Positions 11,715-22,130 of a DNA stretch of 64,000 nucleotides are shown here, piece by piece. The stretch is taken from assembly GCA_965222375.1 (NCBI GenBank), contig CBDCTZ010000008.1:192001-256000 (forward strand), read 5' to 3'. Numbering within the stretch: the stretch's first letter is position 1; each line of letters starts with the position of its first letter. Made by a program: the position numbers and the translations under genes. A model generated the notes under the pieces. The model saw only the letters and a program-made list of their open reading frames with translations. It searched no databases and was not told where the DNA came from. This DNA is from Polyangiaceae bacterium. Lineage in GTDB: Bacteria; Myxococcota_A; Polyangia; Polyangiales; Polyangiaceae.

Positions 11715-12018
11715 CCTGAATCGGGGGGTAAATGCGCCGGCTTGCCAGCGCCTGTCAACGCTTCGGAAATGGACGTATTATCCGCCTCAAATCGGGTGGA
11801 TCGCAGGCAGCGCATTTTTCCAGTTGTCACCCCGCGTGGCGCACTGTAGAAGTGTGCAGGTGCCTCGCGTGACCATACATGACGTTCGGTTACGCTAGGT
11901 GCGGTGCCCGACGAGGGCCAAATCTGTTCTGGAATTCCCCATACATCGGCCGCGGCCGGTGGAAGCGTCGTCCCGGCGGGACTGCTATAGCCTGAGGGCG
12001 GATCGACGAGAGGTTTCG

Positions 12019-15000
12019 ATGCACATCAAGAAGCTGGAAATCGCGGGTTTCAAGTCCTTCGTGGACCGAACCGTGATCCACTTCGACCACGACGTCATTG
12101 GCGTCGTCGGACCGAACGGCTGCGGCAAGTCGAACATCGTGGACGCCATTCGTTGGTGCATGGGCGAGCAGAGCGCCAAGCATCTGCGCGGCCGCGCCAT
12201 GGAAGACGTGATCTTCAACGGTTCGGAGTCACGCGGTCCGCATGGGTTGGCGGAGGTCACGCTGACCTTCGACAACACCGACGCGGCTTACGCTGAGTTG
12301 CTCCCGCCGGAGTATCGCGATTACCCGGACATTGCCGTAACACGGCGACTGTATCGGGACGGAACCAGCGAGTACCTGATCAACAAGACCGTGATGCGCT
12401 TACGCGACATCACGGAGCTATTCCTCGGCACCGGCGTGGGCACGAAGGCCTACTCCATCGTCGAGCAGGGTCGCATCGGGCAGATCGTGAGCGCACGCCC
12501 GGAAGATCGGCGCCTCTTCATCGAGGAAGCCGCGGGCATTACTAAGTACAAGCAGCGCAAGCGCCAAGCCGAACGCAAGATGGACCTGACCCGACAGAAC
12601 TTGCTGCGCGTCACCGACATCGTCTGCGAGATTGACCGAACTCGCGCTTCGCTGAAGCGCCAGGTCGCCAAGGCCGAGCGCTACATCGCATACCGCGGCG
12701 AGCTCGAAGACCTCTTTTTGCACGACTCCTCTCACAAGTATCTCGAGCTCGCCGTGACCGAACGCGTCGAGCGGCAGCAGTGGAACACCGCAACTGCGGA
12801 CGTCGAGGAAGTGCGCGCCAAGCTCGGCGAAGGCGAAGCCCAGCTCGAATCTGCCCGGAGTGAGGCTCAGCGCATCGAACAGCGCGCGGAAGATGGTTCC
12901 AAGACGGCTTTCGAAGCGGACAACGAAGTCACTAGCGCCACCGCCGAAATCGAGCGCTCCCGGGACCGTCTGCAGCACTTGGAACAACGCCTGGTGCAGG
13001 CCCGTGCGGAGCTGGACGACGTGCAGGCTCGACACGCGGAGCAGGCAACGGAGAAAGACGAGCTAACCCAGCGCCTCGAGTATTTGGCTCAAGATGAGGG
13101 CGCCCGCTTGGCAGACACCGAGGCGGAGGATGCCTCCCTCACTCAGCTCCGCACCGAAGAGGCCCAAGCCCTTACGGAAGTGCAGGAGCTGCGAGATCGT
13201 GTGGCGCGCGCGGTCGCCGAAGTCGCTGCAACCCACGAGCGGCTCGAAGCCCAAGTTCAGCGCTTGGCCGACGCGCATGCTCGGCGGGACAGGCTCGCCG
13301 GTGAACGTGATCTGTTGCAGGGCGAACTGAGCGCCGCCGAGGCACGCAAGTCCGCCCTGGAACGCAGCGTGGCCGAGTTGGCCGAGGGCAAGCGCCTAAC
13401 CCACGCCGAGCGCGGCGATCTGGAAGCGGAGATGAACGAGCTGTCCAGCACTCAGCTGGCAAGCGAGCGCGCCGTCGATTCCGCCAAGAACGAACTCGGG
13501 TTGAAGCGCAACCGCTTGCGCGCCCTGGAAGATCTGCATCGCAGGCTGGAAGGTGTCGGCGCTGGACCCCGGGCGCTGCTTCAGGCCGGCGACCCGGCGG
13601 TACTCGGGCTGGTTGCGGATCGCATCGAGGCACCCGAACACTTGACCCATGCCCTCGCGGGCCTCCTAGCCGGTCGGTTGCAGTACGTCGTCGTCAGTGA
13701 CGTCGACAAGGGTTTGGACCTGCTCAAAGAAATGGGCCGTGGGGAGCGGGGTCGAGCCAGCATTCTGGCCCATCGCCCCCCCTACATCGCGGGAAGCCGC
13801 GCCCTGGCCGCCGCACGAGATCCCCGCGTCCGCGGGAGGCTGGCGGACCAACTGCGCTTCGCCACCGAAGACGAGCAGTTGGTACGTAGCCTGATGGGCG
13901 ACGCCGTGATCGTGGACTCCGCCGAAGACGCGCTCTCGGTTGCACGCACCTTCCCGGGGGTCACCGCGGTGAGCCTCGACGGAACCGTGGTCGACAAGGA
14001 CGGCGTCGTCAGTGGAGGCAGCGGCGACGATGTCGCCTCCGCCATGGTCGAGCAGAAGCGCGAAATGCGCACGCTGGCCGAGCAGGTCGCGAGCCTGGAC
14101 GAGCAGTGCACCACCCTGGTCACTTCCCACAATCAACTCCGGGCACGCATCTCGGAACTGAGCACGTCTCTGGAACGTGCGCGTCAGGGCGCCCATGAGG
14201 GCGAGCTGGCCCACATGAATGCCGAAAAGGACCTGGCCCGCGCTTCCGACGAGATCGAGCGGGTCCAGGCACGGCTTCGAGCGGTCGACAACGAGCTGTC
14301 CGAGGTCGCCGAGCTGATCGAGACCGCCGCGAAAGCAGAGACCGACTGCCAGGCTCGTCAGAGCGAGCTCGAAGCAGACCTTGAACACATGCGCCACACC
14401 CTGGCCAAGGCCGAGGCTCTCGCCACTTCCTGGAACGACCGAGTTGCGACCCAGGCCACCTTGGTCACGGAGCGCAAAGTGCGTTTGGCCCAGGTTCGGG
14501 AGCAGATGGATGCGGCCCGTGGTGCCCTGGAGCGCGTCAACGTCGCTCTGACAGATCTCTCCGCCCGCGCCGAGCGCCTCGACGAAGAGATGACGGAAGC
14601 CGCGGTCGCCTCGGGCGAAACCGCGGCGCGCTTGCTTGCGCTGCATGCTGAGCGCAAGGACGGCATGCAGCGCGCACGCATTGCCCACGCCGAGCTGGCA
14701 GAATCTCGGGCGCTCCTGGAGCAGGTGCGTTTCGCCCTGGGCACTCGAGAAGCCGAGCTCAAGGCCTTGCGAGATCAGCTCACGGCCGCAGACGAGGGCG
14801 TACGCCGCGCCGAGATGGCATTGCAGCGCATCGATCTAGAGCGTGAGCATCTGCTCGCAAACGTCCGAGACCGTTTCCGTGGCTTGGACCTGCGACGGGT
14901 CATTGGCGATTACCACGCCCGCCCCGTGCCCGACGACGAACAGCGCCGCCGCATCGACGAGCTGATTCAGCTAATTGACCGCATGGGTCCCGTCAATCTC

Positions 15001-15669
15001 GATGCCCGCGCGGAATTCGAAGACGCAGAGAAGCGATTCCAAGATCTCAGTCAGCAGAAGATCGACATCGAGCAGGCCTTGGCGGACTTGGAGCGTGCCA
15101 TCAAGCATATGAACCGCGAGTCTCGACGCCGTTTCAAGGAAACCTTCGACACGGTAAACGATCTCTTCAAGAAGACCTTCACCAAGATGTTCCGCGGCGG
15201 GCGGGCGGAGTTGGTGCTGACGGATCCGGAGGACTTGCTATCCACGGGCGTGGACATCGCGGCCCAGCCCCCAGGCAAGAAGCTCGGGAACATCGAACTC
15301 ATGAGCGGTGGCGAGAAAGCCCTCACGGCGGTCTCGCTCATCTTCGCCATCTTCCAGCACCGGCCCAGCCCGTTCTGCGTATTGGACGAGGTCGACGCTC
15401 CTTTGGATGAGGCCAACGTCGCTCGCTACAACGAAGCGATCCGTGCCATGACCGCGAACTCGCAGTTCATCCTGATCACCCACGTCAAGAAGACCATGCA
15501 GTGCGTGGACGTGCTGTACGGAGTAACCATGGGCGAGCCCGGCGTGTCCCGAATCGTCAGCGTCAAGGTCAACGAGCAGGCCGTGGCACGCAGCAATGCC
15601 CGGGCCGCCAACGCCTTGGGCTCCACGCCTCCGCCTGCGGCGGAGGATGGCGCGACTCAGGTCGCCTGA
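12019..15669 (+). CDS. smc: Chromosome segregation protein SMC
   Basis: GFKSF, GPNGCGKSN, long coiled coils and hinge, MSGGEK, LDEVDAPLD; start moved to ATG 12019. Confidence 0.97.
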   Translation: MHIKKLEIAGFKSFVDRTVIHFDHDVIGVVGPNGCGKSNIVDAIRWCMGEQSAKHLRGRAMEDVIFNGSESRGPHGLAEVTLTFDNTDAAYAELLPPEYRDYPDIAVTRRLYRDGTSEYLINKTVMRLRDITELFLGTGVGTKAYSIVEQGRIGQIVSARPEDRRLFIEEAAGITKYKQRKRQAERKMDLTRQNLLRVTDIVCEIDRTRASLKRQVAKAERYIAYRGELEDLFLHDSSHKYLELAVTERVERQQWNTATADVEEVRAKLGEGEAQLESARSEAQRIEQRAEDGSKTAFEADNEVTSATAEIERSRDRLQHLEQRLVQARAELDDVQARHAEQATEKDELTQRLEYLAQDEGARLADTEAEDASLTQLRTEEAQALTEVQELRDRVARAVAEVAATHERLEAQVQRLADAHARRDRLAGERDLLQGELSAAEARKSALERSVAELAEGKRLTHAERGDLEAEMNELSSTQLASERAVDSAKNELGLKRNRLRALEDLHRRLEGVGAGPRALLQAGDPAVLGLVADRIEAPEHLTHALAGLLAGRLQYVVVSDVDKGLDLLKEMGRGERGRASILAHRPPYIAGSRALAAARDPRVRGRLADQLRFATEDEQLVRSLMGDAVIVDSAEDALSVARTFPGVTAVSLDGTVVDKDGVVSGGSGDDVASAMVEQKREMRTLAEQVASLDEQCTTLVTSHNQLRARISELSTSLERARQGAHEGELAHMNAEKDLARASDEIERVQARLRAVDNELSEVAELIETAAKAETDCQARQSELEADLEHMRHTLAKAEALATSWNDRVATQATLVTERKVRLAQVREQMDAARGALERVNVALTDLSARAERLDEEMTEAAVASGETAARLLALHAERKDGMQRARIAHAELAESRALLEQVRFALGTREAELKALRDQLTAADEGVRRAEMALQRIDLEREHLLANVRDRFRGLDLRRVIGDYHARPVPDDEQRRRIDELIQLIDRMGPVNLDARAEFEDAEKRFQDLSQQKIDIEQALADLERAIKHMNRESRRRFKETFDTVNDLFKKTFTKMFRGGRAELVLTDPEDLLSTGVDIAAQPPGKKLGNIELMSGGEKALTAVSLIFAIFQHRPSPFCVLDEVDAPLDEANVARYNEAIRAMTANSQFILITHVKKTMQCVDVLYGVTMGEPGVSRIVSVKVNEQAVARSNARAANALGSTPPPAAEDGATQVA

Positions 15670-15702
15670 GCCCGGCCGAGCCAACGCCCCCGCAGATCCC
15701 CC

Positions 15703-18700
15703 TCAGTGGAAGTCTCGGGACATCCGCCAGCCGCTCTGTTTTTGCACATCGAGACGCTCGAGTTCATCCACGATCAGATGGATCACAGGAGTTGGCGCCG
15801 AATCCTTCGCTGAGTCACCCGCACCAACTTTCCGAGTGGCCACAGCATCGTGCAGCACCTTCGGTGCATCCGGCGGCACGTTGGGCTGCCGTTCGATCCG
15901 CCCTCGAGCCAGAAGTAACGTGGCATGCCGCGCTATCAGGCGCAGCCGCTGGTACACACGATTCCAGAGCACCAGGTTGGCGAATCCGGTTTCGTCTTCC
16001 AGGGTGATGAACACCACGCCACTGGCAGTGCCAGGCTGCTGACGGCAGATCACCAAACCCGCCGACTCGACGACAGTGCCTTGCGGGACTGCATCGAGCT
16101 GTCGGGCTGTGAGGACTCCGCGCCGCTTCAGCGCGGCGCGCAGATGCAGCATCGGGTGGTCGTCTACACTGAGACTCTTTTGACCGTAGTCCAAAACCAG
16201 CTGTTCGGCTCGCCGCAAGGGCGGCAAGCTCACTTTGGACTCCGCCGGCTCGATGCCACGAAAGAGTCCCTCCACCCGAGGTGCGCGCAATTGCCACATG
16301 GCCTGCCGCCGACCCGGGGTCAAAGACTCCAGGGCTCCTGCTTGCGCCAACTTCTCGAGTTCGTCCCGTCGCAAACGCGTCCGCAGCATCAAATCCCCTA
16401 GATCCGCGAAGGGCCGCTCACCTCGCGCAGCCTCGATGCGCCGCGCGCTGGCCTCCCCTAAGCCTTTGATCACTCGGAAGCCAAGCCGAACCGCACGCTT
16501 GGCTCCGACGGCAGTGCTCGATATCCGACACTTTGGGCTCGCTGCTTCCAAGCTACAATCCCAACCGCTGTGCTCGATGGACACATCCAATACCTCCACC
16601 CCGTGACGTTGGGCGTCCTGGAGCAACGTGCTCTTTGTGTAGAAACCCATCGGCTGCGAATTGATCAGCCCGCACACGAAATGCGCCGGGTAGTGCGCTT
16701 TCTGCCAGGCTGAGGAGTACACGATCAGCGCAAAGCTCGCGGCATGGGACTCGGGAAAGCCATAATCCCCGAAGCCCTTGATCTGTTCGAAGAGCGCTTC
16801 TCCAAAGCTCTGAGGGATCCCCTTTTTCTCGAAGCCATCCAGCAAACGCTGTCGATGGCGCATGAGCCGGCCGCTCTTCTTCCATGCGGCCATGTCTCGC
16901 CGCAGCTGGTCCGCCTCCCCGCCGCTATAGCCCGCGCCCTCGATGGAGATCTGCATCACTTGCTCCTGAAACAACGGAACCCCCAGGGTGCGTTCGAGAA
17001 TAGGCCACAAGTCTGGATGCGGACAGCGCACGGGTTCTTCGCCATTTCGTCGACGCAGATACGGATGCACCATGCCCCCTTGAATCGGCCCAGGTCTCAC
17101 GATGGCCACCTCGATCACCAGATCGTAGAAACGTCGTGGCTTGAGCCGAGGCAACATCGCCATTTGCGCTCGGCTTTCGATCTGGAACACGCCGACGGTG
17201 TCGCCACGACACGCCAAGTCGTACACAGCCGGGTCCTCAGACGGCAATCGCGTGATGACTTCCAGGGGGTCGAAGTTTTCCTCCCCTGGCTCTCGCAGCC
17301 CGCCACCCTCGTGAATCAATTCGAGGCATTTGCGCACCGCAGTGAGCATGCCCAAACCCAAAACGTCGACTTTGAAGAAGCCAAGAGCCTCGATGTCGTC
17401 CTTGTCCCAAGGAATGACCGTGCGGCCCTCCATGCGAGCAGGCTCCACCGGCGCCACTTCATGCAAGGGTGCAGCACTGAGCACGAAGCCTCCAACATGG
17501 ATCGACAAATGCCTCGGAAAACCCGCCAAGGCCTGGGCCATCCGGACCACCTTCGATAGCCGCTCGTCGCGAGCGTCGAAGCCCACTTCTCCGAGGCGAG
17601 CGTCGGAGGTTTCAGCCGTATCCCAATGGGTGATGGTCCCAGAAAGGCGATCGATCTGTTCCAAGGAAAGCCCGAAGGCTTTGCCCACTTCCCGCAGCGC
17701 GCTCTTGCCTCGATAGCAGATGACTTCACTGACCATGGCAGCGCGCTCTCGACCGTGCCGCGCATAGACTTCCTGAATCACCTCCTCCCGGCGCTCGTGT
17801 TCGAAATCGATGTCGATGTCCGGCGGCTCACTGCGCTCCGGGCTCATGAACCGCTCGAAGAGCAAGTTCGAACGTGCCGGATCTACAGCGCTGATACCGA
17901 GCACGAAACACACCGCGCTATTGGCCGCGCTGCCTCGACCTTGGCACAAGATCCGCTTTTCTCGAGCAATCTCGACAACCTCCCAAGTGCTCAGAAAGTA
18001 GGGCGCCACCTGTAGCCGAGCGATGAGGAAAAGTTCTCGATCGATCTGAACAGAGACCGACTCGGGAGTACCCGCGGGATAACGGCGCAGAGCTCCCTCG
18101 TGACACAGGCGGCGCAATTTCTCATCGGCACTCTCCCCGGGCTCCAGACTGCAGGGGAAATGGTAGCGCAGCTCATTCAAAGAAAAACGATGCTCCTGCG
18201 CAACCTCTGCGGTGTGTTCGACCCACCCCGGACGATCCCGAAAGAGTCGCAGCATCTCCACCTCAGAGCGTAAGAAAGCCTCGGCATTAGCAGACAGAGC
18301 CGTACCCGCCTTGTCCAGAGTCGTCCCCTCTCGGATGCAGTGCAGCACATCCGCCAAGGGCTTTCTCGAGCGGTCGTGAAATAGCGGGCGACCGCTCGCG
18401 AGCACGCACATATTGAAGTGCTCGGACCAAGTCTCCACTTCGTCGATCCGCTGCCGGTCGAAACCATCCAAGTGACGGTGAGCGAGCAAGAACGCATGCT
18501 CACGAAAAATGTCCCTCACCCTTTGGAGCAGTTCCCCTGGCGGCGCATCCGGACCGGCGGGATTGACCGGCCCTGGCACCAACGCCGTGAGCCCCGCCCT
18601 GTGCTCCTCCAACCAGTCGATGGCAAGCCGTCCCTCACCCTTCGGCACATCTGCGTGACAGCGAGTGATGAGCCGACACAAGTTTGCATAGCCATCATGA

Positions 18701-18939
18701 TCCCGAACCAAGACGATCAACGAGCCGTGCTTCAGGTTGAGTTCGGCCCCGATGATCAGAGGCTGCTCGATCTCTCGCGCTCGCACGTGCGCTCGAGGTG
18801 CGCCGTACAGCCCCATGTGGTCGGTGATGGCGACGGCACACAACCCAAGCTGCCCGGCGCGCTCCACCATCTCCTCCGGATGGGAAGCGCCCCGGAGAAA
18901 TGAGAAGCAAGAACGCGCTGCCAGCTCCGCAAACGCCAT
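15703..18939 (-). CDS. dnaE2: Error-prone DNA polymerase DnaE2
   Basis: PHP domain, GRGSAANS, PPDIDIDF, YGFPESHAASFA, C-terminal SRDFH. Confidence 0.96.
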   Translation of the reverse strand: MAFAELAARSCFSFLRGASHPEEMVERAGQLGLCAVAITDHMGLYGAPRAHVRAREIEQPLIIGAELNLKHGSLIVLVRDHDGYANLCRLITRCHADVPKGEGRLAIDWLEEHRAGLTALVPGPVNPAGPDAPPGELLQRVRDIFREHAFLLAHRHLDGFDRQRIDEVETWSEHFNMCVLASGRPLFHDRSRKPLADVLHCIREGTTLDKAGTALSANAEAFLRSEVEMLRLFRDRPGWVEHTAEVAQEHRFSLNELRYHFPCSLEPGESADEKLRRLCHEGALRRYPAGTPESVSVQIDRELFLIARLQVAPYFLSTWEVVEIAREKRILCQGRGSAANSAVCFVLGISAVDPARSNLLFERFMSPERSEPPDIDIDFEHERREEVIQEVYARHGRERAAMVSEVICYRGKSALREVGKAFGLSLEQIDRLSGTITHWDTAETSDARLGEVGFDARDERLSKVVRMAQALAGFPRHLSIHVGGFVLSAAPLHEVAPVEPARMEGRTVIPWDKDDIEALGFFKVDVLGLGMLTAVRKCLELIHEGGGLREPGEENFDPLEVITRLPSEDPAVYDLACRGDTVGVFQIESRAQMAMLPRLKPRRFYDLVIEVAIVRPGPIQGGMVHPYLRRRNGEEPVRCPHPDLWPILERTLGVPLFQEQVMQISIEGAGYSGGEADQLRRDMAAWKKSGRLMRHRQRLLDGFEKKGIPQSFGEALFEQIKGFGDYGFPESHAASFALIVYSSAWQKAHYPAHFVCGLINSQPMGFYTKSTLLQDAQRHGVEVLDVSIEHSGWDCSLEAASPKCRISSTAVGAKRAVRLGFRVIKGLGEASARRIEAARGERPFADLGDLMLRTRLRRDELEKLAQAGALESLTPGRRQAMWQLRAPRVEGLFRGIEPAESKVSLPPLRRAEQLVLDYGQKSLSVDDHPMLHLRAALKRRGVLTARQLDAVPQGTVVESAGLVICRQQPGTASGVVFITLEDETGFANLVLWNRVYQRLRLIARHATLLLARGRIERQPNVPPDAPKVLHDAVATRKVGAGDSAKDSAPTPVIHLIVDELERLDVQKQSGWRMSRDFH

Positions 18940-18941
18940 AA

Positions 18942-18957
18942 CTGAACAAAAGCTCAG
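18942..18957 (-). promoter_or_regulatory. Putative LexA/SOS box upstream of dnaE2
   Basis: CTGAGCTTTTGTTCAG on the coding strand, 2 nt before ATG; same motif before imuA; resembles M. xanthus consensus CTRHAMRYBYGTTCAGS. Confidence 0.75.
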
Positions 18958-19130
18958 CTTTTGTTTTGGTGAAAGTATTATTATCTAACTATATGATTTT
19001 ATTGTTTTTTATGTAACGGATCAGATCGTCATCGACGCCTTCGCGGATCGCTGCAGTCCGGCTCTCGCACCCCCTCGTGGCACAGCCTGACCCAAAACCC
19101 CTGGTCCGGGGCTTGCAGATGATCTGAGTC

Positions 19131-20489
19131 ATGAAGCTTCGAACCAATCTAGGACTGTGGCGGGGGGGCCTGCTGCTCGCCCTCGGCTTGACCGTGGCAG
19201 CCGGCTGTAGCTCCACGTCCGACGGCGACGCGGGATCGTTTCCCTGCAACAGCCCGCAGGCTCGCGGGGCCGGCTACGAGAACTGCGACGGCGGCTGGGT
19301 GCACCGACCTGAGATCCTGTCCTGCACCTCGTCCGTGCCCAGAACCGGCGAAGTCTGCTCCGCCGGAGGACAGTGCTCCACAGACGCGGAGTGCTCGGCA
19401 CAGACCAACAGTTTTTGCGCTCCAGGGATCCAGATCGGGTGTCACTGCCGCGCGGGCTGCACCAGCGATAGCGAGTGTGGCACCGGCCAAATCTGCCTGT
19501 GTGGCGATCCCGTCGGCACCTGCGTTTCAGCAACTTGCACCAGCGACGCGGATTGCGGCGAGGGCATGATGTGCGCGTCGCACGAAAGCGGGGACTCCTG
19601 CGGGTTCGGGATTGTCGGCTTCGCCTGCCAAACCGCCGAGGACGAATGCGTCGATTCGAAGGATTGCGCCCAAGGCCAGAGCTGCGTGTTGAGGGAAAAG
19701 CGTCGCATCTGCGCCAAAACCAATCCCTGCGCAGCCGGCCGCCCCTTCTTGGTGCGGGACGAAGTTCGGCTTGCCCAACCCGAAAGCCGTGGGGATTGGC
19801 AGCTGCCATTGCCCATGACCGCCGCGGATCTGCCCGAATCCGTTCGCACCCAGCTCAAACGCTGGTGGACCGACGTGGGGCTCATGGAGCACGCCTCCGT
19901 TGCCGCCTTCGCTCGCTTCTCTTTGCAACTACTGGCCTTGGGCGCGCCCGCCAGCCTGGTCAGCGAAAGCCAGCAAGCCATGGGTGACGAAATCGAACAC
20001 GCACGCATCTGCTTCGGTCTTGCCTCCCACTACGGCGCCGCGCCGGTCGGACCCGGAGTACTGCCCAGCCAAGGAGCCCTCGATGGCCAAGACAGCCTCG
20101 AAGCGGTGGTGCGCCTCACCTTCCGAGAGGGCTGTATCGGGGAAACCTGCGCCGCCCTCGAAGCCGAAGAGGCCGCGAGCCATTGCCAGGACGCCGCGGT
20201 TAGCAAGGTCCTGCGACGCATCGCTCAGGATGAATTGCGTCACGCGGCATTAGCGTGGCGTTTCATCCAATGGGCTCTGGACACTAGTGGCGGCAGCCTC
20301 GATCACATCATCGATGAAGAAGTGGCGCGGGCGCGGGCGCAGTCCGTGCCCGTAGCGGAAACGCCAAACCTGCTTGCCTTCGGTGTGCCGAGCCCAGCCC
20401 TGAGAGCCGAGCTCCGCGACCGAGCTGTCGAAGAGGTCGTCGGCCCCTGCGCCCGAGCACTGATCATCGAGCGCGCCGCAGCAGCCTGA
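19131..20489 (+). CDS. Cys-rich lipoprotein with C-terminal ferritin-like (di-iron) domain
   Basis: AAGC lipobox, CxxDxxC repeats, GRPF, then EHAS / DEIEH / EGCIGET / DELRH carboxylate motifs. Confidence 0.85.
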   Translation: MKLRTNLGLWRGGLLLALGLTVAAGCSSTSDGDAGSFPCNSPQARGAGYENCDGGWVHRPEILSCTSSVPRTGEVCSAGGQCSTDAECSAQTNSFCAPGIQIGCHCRAGCTSDSECGTGQICLCGDPVGTCVSATCTSDADCGEGMMCASHESGDSCGFGIVGFACQTAEDECVDSKDCAQGQSCVLREKRRICAKTNPCAAGRPFLVRDEVRLAQPESRGDWQLPLPMTAADLPESVRTQLKRWWTDVGLMEHASVAAFARFSLQLLALGAPASLVSESQQAMGDEIEHARICFGLASHYGAAPVGPGVLPSQGALDGQDSLEAVVRLTFREGCIGETCAALEAEEAASHCQDAAVSKVLRRIAQDELRHAALAWRFIQWALDTSGGSLDHIIDEEVARARAQSVPVAETPNLLAFGVPSPALRAELRDRAVEEVVGPCARALIIERAAAA

Positions 20490-20666
20490 GCGCACCAGCA
20501 AATCCGGGGCCCAGAGGCCATCCAGACTGGGGCGATCCCACGGCACAGCGTTGTTCCGTTCCTGAATAAAAACCGCAGCTTAGCCGGGTTCGCGGGAGAA
20601 TATCGGGTTGCCGCCACGCCAGCTCACAGCTAATCCTGCGTTCTCGACTTGAACTGGAGACACCCC

Positions 20667-21041
20667 ATGACCCGAATGACGATCCTGGCCGCTTCCGCGG
20701 CCTTCCTTGCGACCGCCTGTGGCGGAGCCGCAGCGCCCAACGAGCAGATGACAGCAGCCCGCGCGGCCATCCGCGCAGCCGAGGTCGGCGGCGCGCAAGC
20801 CTCGCCCGAGGCAACTCTCCGCTTGAAGAAGGCTAACGAGCAGGTGGCCTTGGCCAAGAGCCTGATCAAAGAGGGCAAGAACGAAGAAGCGGAGTGGGTG
20901 CTGCGCAAAGCGGAGGTCGACGCAGAGCTCGCGCTGACTCTCGCTCGCGAGCAGACCGCGCATGCCGAGGCCACTCGGGCCATCGACGAAGTCAAAAAGC
21001 TCCGCACCGAGCTGGGTGGATCGGACAAGCCGCAGAGCTGA
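20667..21041 (+). CDS. DUF4398-like lipoprotein
   Basis: LATAC lipobox; AIRAAEVGGA...AEVDAELA; typical partner upstream of an OmpA-family gene. Confidence 0.8.
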   Translation: MTRMTILAASAAFLATACGGAAAPNEQMTAARAAIRAAEVGGAQASPEATLRLKKANEQVALAKSLIKEGKNEEAEWVLRKAEVDAELALTLAREQTAHAEATRAIDEVKKLRTELGGSDKPQS

Positions 21042-21055
21042 AAGGAGGATTCGAT

Positions 21056-22027
21056 ATGACAACGCCCAAGCCACGCATCCTCGGCAGCACTCTCGCCCTC
21101 GCCCTCCTCGTCGGTTGCGGCTCCAACCTGGCGCCCCAAGAACTCCGTGACGCCCGCGACGCCTACAAGAAGGCGGAAGCCAGCCCGGCCAAGCAGCTCA
21201 CCCCAGCCGCCCTCGACGACGCGCGTCAGGCCCTTGATCGCGCAGAGCAGGCCTTTCAGGGCAGTGAGGACGACGCCAAGATCAGCAACCTGGCCTACAT
21301 CGCGACCCGGCGTGCCGACATTGCAGCCTCCATCGGCCGCACTCAGGCCGCGATGCAAGCGCAGGCTCAGGCCGAGAAAGATCGGCTATCGCTCCAGGAA
21401 GCACTGCAGAAAAGCACCACCGCCAAACTGACCGCCACCGAGCGCAAGCTGGAAAAAGAGCGTCTCGCACGAGAGCGTGCCGCCGAAGACGCCGCTCGCC
21501 GCGAGAAGGACCTCAAGATGACCGCTGCTCAGCGGGAAAAGGCCCTCAAAGAGAAAGAAGCCAAGACCAAAGCCGAGCTGGCCAAAGAGCGCGCAGCCCG
21601 CAAGAAGCTCGAAACCAAGTACGCCGCAGCCCTAGCCAGCTTGGCCGAAGTCGCCAAGATCAAGGAAGAGAAGCGCGGTGTGGTCATCACCCTGAGCGGC
21701 GCGGTGCTGTTCGCGACGGGGAAGTACGCGCTGCTGGCCCTCGCCAAGAACAAGCTGGATGACGTCGCGAAGGCCGTCAAAGACCAAGGCTTCAAGTCCA
21801 TCACCGTCGAAGGTCACACCGACTCCCGCGGTTCTGGCGACAAAAACCGCGAGCTGAGCATCCGGCGCGCCGAATCCGTACGCACCTACCTGATCTCCCG
21901 CGGCATCAAAGCCTCCAAGATCAAGGCCGTCGGCATCGGCGAAGATCGCCCCATCGCGAGCAACAAGACCGCCGAAGGCCGAGCCAACAACCGCCGCGTC
22001 GAACTCATCGTCGTCCCGGAGAATTGA
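21056..22027 (+). CDS. OmpA-family lipoprotein with coiled coil
   Basis: GGAGG RBS; LVGC lipobox; VEGHTD, LSIRRAESV, GRANNRRVE. Confidence 0.92.
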   Translation: MTTPKPRILGSTLALALLVGCGSNLAPQELRDARDAYKKAEASPAKQLTPAALDDARQALDRAEQAFQGSEDDAKISNLAYIATRRADIAASIGRTQAAMQAQAQAEKDRLSLQEALQKSTTAKLTATERKLEKERLARERAAEDAARREKDLKMTAAQREKALKEKEAKTKAELAKERAARKKLETKYAAALASLAEVAKIKEEKRGVVITLSGAVLFATGKYALLALAKNKLDDVAKAVKDQGFKSITVEGHTDSRGSGDKNRELSIRRAESVRTYLISRGIKASKIKAVGIGEDRPIASNKTAEGRANNRRVELIVVPEN

Positions 22028-22104
22028 TTCGCGCGTAGGCGCGTGCGGACCGCTCGTGGAAGTCGGCTGCTGAAGGGCTGACGCGTCGCGACCAAACTGA
22101 ACCC

Positions 22105-22130
22105 CGCGCCCGCCCTCACGCTCGCGCCCG
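22105..22130. repeat. 26-bp direct repeat, copy 1
   Basis: cgcgcccgccctcacgctcgcgcccg, identical to 23667-23692. Confidence 0.85.

Noticed and set aside
12019..15669. SMC-based defence system (Wadjet/Lamassu)
   Set aside because: Canonical housekeeping SMC with hinge; no jet or lmu partner genes adjacent
19078..19095. sigma54 promoter before the ferritin-like gene (TGGCAC)
   Set aside because: No GC at the -12 position (GG-N10-CC)
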